Assembly: GCA_001275005.1 (NCBI GenBank)
Contig: JWZX01001800.1
Span: forward strand, 1 to 36,650
DNA from: Chrysochromulina tobinii
Lineage: Eukaryota
Direction: 5' to 3'
Length of the DNA: 36,650 nt
Under the pieces are notes generated by a model. The model did not search any database and was not told the DNA's origin. It saw nothing but the letters and a program-made list of their open reading frames with translations. Of the stretch, positions 19,265 through 29,135 are shown in pieces (position 1 is the first letter of the stretch; the number at the start of each line of letters is the position of its first letter). The position numbers and the translations under genes are program-made.

Positions 19265-21418
19265 TCAAGCGAGCCCTCGCTCGTATGACCAGATGTCACC
19301 TTTGGGAGGGTTGCCGCGCTGCAGCACCTTCCGAATGCGCGCCTGATGAGGGAGGCAATCAGCATGCACTCAGAGACGCAATCAGAGACGCAATCAGCAC
19401 CTTCCGAATGCGCGCCTCGTCCTCATCACTGATCGGATTCGCGCCATTCACGATCAGCTTCGCAAGTTTCTTGTGCTCCTCCTGCCAAATTAGGACGACA
19501 CTTGCCCAATCAGGGAGGTGCTCACAGGCAATCAGGCACTCACAGTCAACCAGGCACTCAGTGGAGCTCGTTGAGGCGCACCAGATGAGTCGTATCTCGT
19601 ACTCCGAGCACCACCCAGCCGCCCTGAGGCCCCAACTGCCGCAGCACCTGTGGGGAGAGGTGAGGGCGCCGTGGTGAGCACTTGCATGCACACCAGGGGC
19701 CCCAGCTGGCGCAGCACCCAGCACACGGCGATGTTGGCTATGGTCGTGCCGTGCCGATCCGCCACGAGCTTGAGTTCTCCGAGAAGCTCTTGGAAGAGTG
19801 CCCAGCTGCCCCACCTGATGAGGGAGGCAATCAGCATGCCATCAGAGACGCAATCAGGGAGAAGCTCTTGGAAGAGTGCCCAGCTGCCCCACCTGATGAG
19901 GGAGGCAATCAGCATGCAATCAGATACGCAATCAGGGAGAAGCTCTTGGAAGAGTGCCCAGCTGCCCCATCGGTCGAGGTTCGCCTTGTAAACATGCGCA
20001 TCATGATGCAATCAGTATGCCATCAGTATGCAATCAGTCAGCCATCAGTCAGCCATCAGTATGCCCCACCGGTCGAGGTTCGCCTTGTACATGCGCATCG
20101 AGACGGTCGACAGCTGCCGGGGCGGCGCCGCAAGCCCAAGGAAGCGGTCCGAGAGCCAGCCTCCCGCGACAGTGCCGAAGCAGGCGAGCTTCAGACGATG
20201 CTCCCTTGCAAATGCGAGCATGCCATCAGAGGTCATCAGTGGTCATCAGGGGTCATCAGTGGTCATCAGTGGTCCTCACCTTGCAAATGCGAGCATGCCA
20301 TCAGAGGTCATCAGTGGTCATCAGTGGTCATCAGTGGTCATCAGGGGTCATCACCTTGCAAATGCGAGCATGTCATCAGAGGTCATCAGTGGTCATCAGT
20401 GGTCATCAGTGGTCATCAGGGGTCATCAGTGGTCATCACCTTGCAAATGCGAGCATGGCATTCTCCGGCCGCAGGTCGATGAGCGAGTACTGGACCTGGA
20501 CGAGTGGCAATCAGTGGCACTCAGTGGCACTCCGTGGCAATCAGTGGCAGTCAGTGGCACTCCGTGGCAATCAGTGGCACTCAGTGGCACTCCGTGGCAA
20601 TCAGTGGCAGTCAGTGGCACTCCGTGGCACTCAGTGGCACTCAGTGGCACTCCGTGGCAATCAGTGGCAGTCAGTGGCACTCCGTGGCACTCAGTGGCAC
20701 TCAGTGGCACTCCGTGGGACTCAGTGGCAATCCGTGGCACTCCGTGGCACTCAAAGGCTCTCAAAGGCACTCCATGGCGAGCAGTGGCGAGTCCTGGACC
20801 TGGTTCGCCGTGAGCGGCAGGCCCTCGTCCACCACGAGCTCGCGCAGGTGCGCCGTGTCGAAGTTGCATGCGGCCGCCTCGCCGAGGAGCCCTTCGCTCT
20901 TGAGCGTGAGTAGGTGGCGAGCGGCCTGCCGGTAGGCGCGATCGGACCAGTCCCACCCTGCCGAGATGATGTGAAGCGAGGGGAGTGCAGCGCGTGAGGC
21001 GTGGCGTGAGGGCCGCACCAGCCAGGTCGGTGTGGGGTTCGTCCGGCCGCCGCCGCGCCGTCGCCCTACAATGAAACTGCACGAGGCTCGGCACGACTCC
21101 GAGAGCGGTGCGAGATTGGGCGTTGACGGCTCGCGCGTTGGCCTCCGAAGCATCGGATGTCACGTACTTGGTGTAGATGTGCTTCGCTCCTGCGCGACCC
21201 AGCAGCGACTCCGACTTGCCATAGATGTCCGCCGTGTCAAAGTGCTCAAAGCCCGCAGCCATGTACGCCCTGACGGTCTCGACCGCCATGCTTTCATCGC
21301 GGTGGCGCTCGAGGAGCTGCCAAGCGCCGATCACGATGCGTGGGCTGCCGCCGTCCGCGCACGACTCTGTCGTGCTCGCGAGGAGGGCGACCAGGAGGGG
21401 CAGAAAGACCGCGATCAT
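19265..21418 (-). CDS. Aldo-keto reductase with N-terminal signal-like peptide; introns 20958-21069, 20496-20799, 20205-20439, 19815-20069, 19648-19717, 19482-19581, 19343-19415
   Basis: The spliced product has IVIGAWQL, FDTADIYG, TKY, LVQFHWWD, CNFD, NQ|VQYSLIDLRP, FGTVAGGWLSDRFLG, IANIAVCW|VLRQ, ending GDIWSYERGLA-stop; typical AKR motifs. Confidence 0.85.
20205..20439 (-). repeat. Intron of three units: GATGACCACT-type decamer array + copy of the upstream exon end (CATGCTCGCATTTGCAAG)
   Basis: CCTTGCAAATGCGAGCATG on + at 20204, 20279, 20354 and 20439; removal restores FAR|EHRL. Confidence 0.75.
20503..20790 (-). repeat. Long GAGTGCCACT/GATTGCCACG decamer array inside AKR intron 20496-20799
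   Basis: Continuous 10-bp periodicity (TCAGTGGCAC/TCCGTGGCAA on +). Confidence 0.9.
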
Positions 21419-22934
21419 TCCGATTTTGACCCTGCTGTGAGCGTGAACACGACAGGGCGTGAAGTCAAAACGGGTCTACGCGAGGGCGCAGTCTGGTCTG
21501 TAAAACTAGCCGCTGCCAGAAGCCGCTGTCATCGATTATGTCCGTCTGTCCGCTCACGAACATTCCGATTTTGACCTGCCTGTGAGCGTGAACAGGATCA
21601 AATTAAAGTCGTCTGTCCGTCTGTCCGACTGTCCGTCTGCCCGTCCCGCTTGAAATCTCGCGCGATCTCCTAACCGCCGGTCCGCCGCATGCGATCCGAC
21701 ACTTCGGGGAACCGGCTGAGTGAATTCACACCTCAATATCGTGATCTTTACTTTCCTTGTATGCTCTGTGTCCCTGCTCCACCACCGTCTGACCCGTGGA
21801 TGACCAGCGTGTGTTAGGTATATGTGTCGGTCCCATCCCCAAGGTCAACCTAGGAGAACCTGGGAATGAGTAAATGGCTCTGTTCGGATTTTCCGCTGTC
21901 TTGCACCACGACTCGGCGGCTGAGAGTGAGACACTGAGAAGGACTGGAGTGCTGAGTTGGAGCGCGCCGCTGTGACCGCTGAGGCCTGACAGCCGCCCGA
22001 GCATGTTCGACGGCGGCTTCGTCTTTTATCTTTTTCGTAGTTGGAGTTGCCTCGGGGGCCGCCTTCAGACTGTAGAGTGTAGTCCCGGTCGTGGCATGAT
22101 CCATATATTCCATAAATTATGAATCTCAGGGTGTCATGATCGACCGCAACCATAGCGAACACACCTCCAGACCCTTCATATGCTACCTCGATGCGCTACC
22201 GCTAGCGCCATGGCTAGCTAGCGCTTCTCGCATCTCGGTTCTCCATGTTCACACCTACACGCTATGGTTAACATTCACGCTTCATGCGCTTCTCGGTTCT
22301 CCCTTTTCGTTTCGCTGTTCGCGCCTCTTCACGCGCCTCCCGCCCGTCACTCCGAGGGACCTGTAGCAAGACCCTTTCGATCGCCGACGATCGCTCTCTC
22401 CTCGCGGATGCCGTACTGTAACATGGATGCAAACTCATGGCAGTCCCTTAGCAGTCCCTCGTGGCTTTCTAGCGGCGAAGACAGGGCGCCCTCTGCCCCT
22501 GTTCTCGCGGCCGTTGAAGCAGACGCACGGTGCATCACCAAAAGGCCGCACGCGGCCCTGCACAATGCAGAACGCGACACTTGGTGCGCGCGGAGCCTCA
22601 CCGCGTGAGGTCGCGCATGCTGAGCGGCGGTGGCGCATGCAAGGCGGGAGCAAGACCCCCCCCGCAGAGGCAGCGCCGCCGCTCATGGGGGGGAGGGCAC
22701 GCTTCTTGCGGCTGGTCCGAGGGAGGCTCGCAGCTACTCCTTCAAGCAGCCGCAGCAGTTTCACGTCGAGCTGCCACACCTCCACTCCCAGCAACAGACC
22801 CTGAGCGCAGCAAGCCGGGTGGAGCAGGCGTGAGGGGCAGGAGGGCGCTCAGCGGTGGGAGCACACGAGGGGCGCGCGGGGCGGGGACCAAGCCGAGCGG
22901 TGCGGGAGGCTGCGGGTTCGAATCCTTCGGGGAG

Positions 22935-25077
22935 CTACCAAGGACGCCCCCCATTGGATCCTGCGGGCACAAGGCCATGTGGAGGCACGCCGGCAGAAAG
23001 TAGCGCCTGAGCGCGACGCTCCTCTTTCGCGCGAAGTGCTGCGGCGGCCTGCGCGGCCGATAGTTCCGCGGCGGTTGCAACGGTGCACTTGAGCGCCGGC
23101 TGCGCGGCCCACGCAGAGCTGCCAGCTGTAGCAGGCCTCGGATTTATTTTAAGCTCAAGCACCTTCAACTGGTTCGGAGCTGGGTCTCCAAACAATTCGT
23201 TGACGGCCTTCAGCTGCCCTTTAGCTAGAAGACCGCATGCCTGCTCTGTCACAACTTTGCCTTGAGCTGATCGGGTATCCTCTTGACCATGAGACGTGTC
23301 GGTCGCGAGAAGCCTGGCCCCGTACCAAGCCTCTACGATGTTCGATGCTGAGGGCCCATCGTCCGAAGCCTGGACGACATCCCCTTCTTTGAAGGTCATC
23401 TTCACAGTCTTGGCCTCAGCGGCGCTTGCTTGCCAGATCGCGGAGCTCGCATCCGGGCTGGCAGCATCTGCGTCCGTGAGCATCAGAGCGCCCTTCTTCT
23501 GACCAAGGTCGGCCTCGGGCTGCCCACGCCAGTCAGCTCCGTCGAAAGCAACCCAGCAGCTTCCGTTCGTGTGCTTCCACGCGGGCCGGCCGTTTACAAT
23601 ACCATCGAGCATGTAGAGGCCCATGTACTCGGTCGCTTTGCCACGCAGCGAGCCACCCTCAATCTTGAGTCCGAGCGGAGCCCGCTCCATCACGATCGGC
23701 ATCACGCCGCGCTTGATCGCCTGCGCGTGCGTCTGCTTGGCCATGCGCGCGGCCGCCGCCTCGCCCTCAGCCCTTGTCATCGCCTCCGCTAGGGGCACCA
23801 CTTTGGCGTCCTCTCGCTCCTTGGCCGCCCGACACTCAGCCTCCGCTCGCGCGCGTGCGGCCGCCGCCTCGCCCTCAGCCCTTGCCATCGCCTCTGCTAG
23901 GGGCACCACTTTGGCGTCCTCTCGCTCCTTGGCCGCCCGACACTCAGCCTCCGCTCGCGCGCGTGCGGCCGCCGCCTCGCCCTCAGCCCTTGCCATCGCC
24001 TCTGCTAGGGGCACCACTTTGGCGTCCGCTCGCTCCTTGGCCGCCCGGCACTCAACCTCCGCTCGCGCCGTCGCCTCCCGGCACTCACGCTCGCCCTTCT
24101 GGTGCTCGGCCTTTGCACGCTCCACCGCCCCGGCGTTCGCCGCAACCAGCTGCTCCAGCTGCGCATCGATCGCTTCGAACGCGCCTTGCACCGTGGCGTC
24201 GAGCGCCTTGATCTTGGGCAGCTGGTCTTGCTTGTCGCTCTGGTTGGTCACCATCACGTCCGGCTTGGAGAGGAAGTCGAACGCCTGCTGAGGCGTCTTG
24301 GTGGCCCAAGTGTCGACGAGCGCCTTTTTGTACAGCTCAGCCTGTTCGGCGGCGCCCTGGATGCACACGATGTGGTAGCGCGCGTTTTCTGTGCTAACCG
24401 CCGACTTGAGGCCGTTGGGCGTCGCAAACTGCATGCCCAGCCACGCCTCGAACTGCGTCCAGAAGCGGGATGCGTACGAGAGGTCGTAGAGGATGAGGAC
24501 GGTCGTGCCCAGGAAGAGCATGTTGACCTGCGCGCAAGTGTACGGGGGAGAGCCATTGCGGGGTGTTAACATAACATAGGCGGCTGAGTCGCAGGGAAAG
24601 GGTGGCGAGGAAAGTGCGCTGTCCGAGGCAAAGCGCGGCACAGACCTCCGACAGCATGGTCTTGAAATCGGCCGTGTCCTCAACGCTGCGACTGAGGCCG
24701 ATGGTAGGCTGGTGCTGTGGCATGGAGCCGCCGTCGATCCACACGAGCTCGATCCGCTTGCCAGCCGACGAAACGAGAAAGGCCTTGATGGCCTTGAGCT
24801 GTTCGCCGTCGGGGTCGGGCTGAGTAGGCTCCATCCAGCGATGGGAGATGGACAGAATCTTCTCGACATGTGCCCCGCGGACCACCTCTTCATAGCTGAT
24901 GGTGACCTCGACGAACGCACTCGGGTGCTCCGCGCGCAGCTCCTGGAAAAAGGGCAGGTTCGTGCCGGAGAAGGTGCGCAGGAAGTCCGCCTTGATCATC
25001 CAGAACCTGCACGAGACTGGGCCTGATGGCGCTCGAACAGCGTCGGCTGGCGCTACGGCACTCTTAGAACGAGACAT
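22935..25077 (-). CDS. HET-like domain protein with 36-aa coiled-coil repeats and C-terminal beta-rich domains; one ordinary intron 24528-24645
   Basis: ILSISHRW...PDPDGEQL...VWIDGGSMPQ...MLSE|VNMLFLG...YASRFWTQFEAWL parallels the HET-domain motifs (SxxW, WID..C..Q, RxWTxQE). 3' end uncertain. Confidence 0.7.
23749..24068 (-). repeat. Three tandem 108-bp coding repeats (36 aa)
   Basis: GGCCGCCGCCTCGCCCTCAGCCCTTG at 23751, 23859 and 23967; encodes ARAExECRAAKERxDAKVVPLAEAMxRAEGEAAAAR. Confidence 0.9.
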
Positions 25078-25549
25078 GTTGAACGACACGATGCCGCCCC
25101 ACCGCAGGTAACAAACAGAACTTCGTGAGATATGCGCATCGGACATTCAGTTGGCGACATGTGATTGCATTTTGATTCTACTTGAAGGACCATGTCAATT
25201 ATCAAATTTCGTGTGCTTTTGTGGGAGTTTTTTCCGTTTTGTTGTTGTGTGCATGCTTCGAGGTGAACACGAGGTGAACTCGACGGTCGTCGCACACATG
25301 TCCGTTGTATGCATCCGATGTGACCGCATGAGTTTCAAGGCGGTGACCCGGTGTGAGATTCATCTTCAAGTCCGACGGCGCGGGGCGCGCGCGCGCATCA
25401 TCGGTACTCGGATCCGTCGCTCCGGACGTCCGCGCGCGCACACTTAGTCCGGTCTCACACTTCTTTCACACTTCGGTCTTCGCACGGCAAGCCTTCGAAC
25501 TTTTAGACCAACTTATACCCATTACCTGAACTCACATGTACCAGAAGGC

Positions 25550-27479
25550 TTACAGTACACATCCTCCTTCACCTTTGACCTTGCGAAGTTCCCAATCGAA
25601 TCCCTCGGCCTCGGCGCGCTGCTCGGCGCACTGATAGCCGAGCACAGTGGCGACCAGCGCCACCTTCGTGGGGCTTCGTCGGGATGGTGTGGCGAGACGC
25701 TTGGCGTGAGCGCGCCATTCCTTGACGCTCCCATTGCCTAATTTGGGTGGCGGCGGGCGAGTGCTCGGGAGGACGCGCCCTTCCTCTACGCTCATCGCGT
25801 CGCCCATGGCGTCCACCCATCGGGCGGCAAATTGGGTTACGTCAATTGAGACGCTCATCACGGCGCCCATTGAGTCCACCCGTCCGGCGGCACGTTGTGC
25901 TACCGGTACGTCCCTCTCGTCCTCCTCCGCTGCTCGGCCACTCGCGCTGATGACGGAGCTCATCATGGACTCGAGGACGCTCAAGGCATGCAGCTCGCAG
26001 GGCAGACGCGCCACCGCTTGACGAAGCTCCGCCACGGTCGCCGTCCGGCACGGCCCCAGTTTTGATGGGTGCGCCCACACCTGTGGGGAGCGGTGAGGGC
26101 GCCGTGGTGAGCGCTTGCATGCGCGCCAAGGCACACACCAAGTTTGGGTGGGTGCGCCCACACCCAACGAGGGCCAGTCTGGAGGCGCTCGCTATCGGTA
26201 CGCGCCGTCCTGGGCGAGCCAGCCCGACCCACTTCGAAGCGGAAACGCGCGTCCAGCGCCGTGCCGAGCGCTTGCATGTCTGCCTTCTCCTCGGCAGTGC
26301 CCTGCGGAGCGAGATGGCAATCAGTGGCCATCAGTGGCCATCAGTGGCCATCAGTGGCCATCAGTGGCCATCAATGGCAATCAGTGGCAATCAGTGGCAA
26401 TCAGTGACCACCGCCAGCGGTTATCAGCGCGGCAATTCAGTGACATTCACCTGTGGAGCGAGGCGGGAAAAGGGGACGACCGTCCGCGTGAGCGTTGGCT
26501 GCTCGATCACCTGTGGGGAGAAGTGATGGCGTCGTGGTGAGCACTTGCATGCACACCCGAGCGTTGGCTGCTCACACCAGGAGGCTGCGCGCATCGCAGG
26601 CCTCCTCCAGCTGTGGGGAGAGGTGAGGGCGCGCGCGCCGTGGTGAGCACGTGCATGCACACCAGGAGACTGCGCGTGTCGGAGGCCTCCTCTAGGCAAA
26701 GCTCTCGCGCTCCGAATGCCTCGTCGCCCGCCTCGCCCGCCTCGCCCGCCTCGCCCGCCTCGCCCGCCTCGCCCGCGGCGACGTGCCGTCGGATGGCACG
26801 GATGGCGACCAGTGCGAAGCGATTGGACGATCCAGCGCACCTGTGGGGAAAGGGCGCCATAGTGAGCACTTGCATGCACTCGAAAGCACGAGCGCGAAGC
26901 GATTGGAGGATCCAGCGCACCTGTGGGGAAAGGGCGCCATAGTGAGCACTTGCATGCACTCCAAAGCACGAGCGCGAAGCGATTGGACGAGCCAGCGCAC
27001 AAGCTCGCGAACATGGCCCGAGCGCCGCGTACGAATGCGTCGCGGCTCTCCTCGCCAGGAGCGGCGTCGGTTTGCAAGTGGAGGTACAGGACCTGGGCGT
27101 CGGCGTCGTCCAGCAAGCGCCGAAGCCGATCGGCGGCGCTGTGAAGGCGCGCAAAGTCTCCATCATGCACGGCCGGATCGTGATGGCGAAAGATGTGCGC
27201 GTGCTCCTTGGTGCGGTAACGCAGGTGCCCACCATGGCGCTCACGTCGAGGCGTTGGAGCGGAGCCGCTCACGTCGGGGCCTGCGTCGACGCTGTGCAGC
27301 TCGCGCCGATTGAGCAAGGTCGCACATCGATCTTCCAAGCACGCGCTGACCATCTCGGGCGTGGAATGGATCCAGTCGAACGGCAGCGCGAAGGAGGTGT
27401 GGCCGCGAGCTCTCAAAAACTCCGCGCCATGGCACGACGGCCCGAGGCTGCAGCAGTGCGTGATCGTGGAAATCAACAT
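25550..27479 (-). CDS. DUF1796-like putative papain-type cysteine peptidase; introns 26841-27000, 26511-26662, 26302-26450, 26081-26163
   Basis: N-terminal CSLGPSCHGAEFLRARG...LPFDWIHS...FRHHDP matches the SLGxxC/PFDW/FxHH pattern of this family. Removing the introns keeps one frame. C-terminal half unrecognised. Confidence 0.65.
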
Positions 27480-27770
27480 CGCGAAAGATTCGCGTTCTGT
27501 CGGTGTGAAGGACACGTGTGAAGAACCACTTCAAGTTGAACGAGGGTGCGCCAAGCGCGGGCACGCGACGGGCAGACGGGAGTCGGACTTAACGGGGTAG
27601 GTGTGGACGATTACAAAAGTTCAAACAATAATTTCAGACTGTAAATACACTCTACAGTATTGGTGCGCATGCTGCACCTCAAGCCCGAGACGTGGCATGA
27701 GCGCGCAGGATGAAACGTAGGTTACATAGACAGCAGCTCGTTGCCGTGCAGGCATTCTTGTGCTCACGCG

Positions 27771-29097
27771 TCACGGCCCATGCTCTTGTTGTGCAGATTC
27801 GGGCGGGTTCACTTTCTCTTTGCTTTGTCGGCGTACTTGCCGGCCCTCGGCAGGACCCTCCGCCTGCTGCTTCCATATCTTGGCAGTCGCAGCCGCGGCC
27901 GCATCCTGAATGAGCGCCGTCACGGCGGCTTCCGGCGCGACCTCGGCCTTCATCTCGGCCTTTATCTCGGCCTTCATCTCGGCCATGGTCGGCTCGCGCA
28001 CCTGCAGGTTCACAGTGGGCAGCTCGACATTCTCCGATTAGTCAATGACAGCGCTCATCAGTGAACACACAGTCGCGCACCTGCAGGTTCACAGTGGGCA
28101 GCTCGACGTTCTCCAGACGCGCTTGCATTCGGTAGTCGCCCGGGACCGACGCGCTAAAGTTGATCGCATACGAGCCGTCGCCGCGGTCGATGACCTGATG
28201 AGGGAGGCAGGGATTGTGCACTCAGAGACGCAATCAGAGACGCAATCAGAGACGCAATCAGAGACGCAATCAGATTGCATACGAGCCATCGCCGCGGTCG
28301 ATCACCTGGCAATCCGAAGCCTTCGGTCATCAGCGGTCATCAGCGGTCATCAGTGTTCATCAGTGGTCATCAGTGGTCATCAGTGGTCATCACCTGGCAA
28401 TCCGAGGCCTTCGGGCCAAAGACTTTGGCCTCGAGCCGACTGCCGCCCACGTCGACGTTGTTGTTGAACCGGTCGACGAGCTGCACGAGGACCTCGCAAG
28501 GCTGGCCCGTCGAGGGAGCCCCCCCCCCGAGGCTCGTGGCTGGGAAGAGCTTTGACTTGGGCGCGAAGGGTGGGCCGGGGCGCACGATGAACTCCATCGG
28601 GGAGCCTGTGAAGATGGGGTGTGAAGATGGGTGTGAAGATGGGTGTGGAGATGGGATGGGGATGCCCGTTGAGCATGCACTCGGACGCAATCAGTATGCA
28701 CTCGGAAGCAATCAGCATGCATTCGGTGGTCATCAGTGGCCATCAGTGGTCATCAGTGGCAATCAGTTGGCAATCACCTGTGATGGGGTGCCCGTTGAGC
28801 TTGATCGTGGCCGAGTAAGTTCCCTTGAGGGTGAGCTCCGAGCTCGAGCTGAACTCGTGCGCACCTGTGGGGAGGCGAGGGCGCCGTGGTGAGCACATGC
28901 ATGCGGGCAGGTGGAGGGTGAGCTCCGAGCTCGAGCTGAACACGAGCGCACCGACGACCTCGGCCTGGCGCACGACCATCAGGGCTCATCAGTCGCAATC
29001 AGTGCTCATCAGTCGCAATCAGGGCGCACCGACGACCTCGGCCTGGCGCACGACCGCCGCGGACTTGCGAGCGTTCGCACCGCCGCCGCCGCCGCCT

Positions 29098-29135
<38 letters not shown>

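Noticed and set aside
19815..20799. Repeat-spacer-like arrays suggesting CRISPR
   Set aside because: The apparent spacers are copies of adjacent exon sequence, units are irregular, there are no cas genes, and the context is a spliced eukaryotic gene.
19682..20935. Long plus-strand ORFs rich in SVAISGNQW/SSVVISGHQW
   Set aside because: They are antisense read-through of intronic decamer arrays, which lack stops on that strand, within the AKR gene.
22347..22934. Possible extra minus-strand exons or a small gene downstream of the HET-like gene
   Set aside because: GC-rich with plausible splice sites, but I could not build a convincing frame or recognise a domain.
29080..29135. (GCC)n run, with a similar GGC/GAG run at 36359-36402
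   Set aside because: Ordinary trinucleotide microsatellites, common in GC-rich algal genes.
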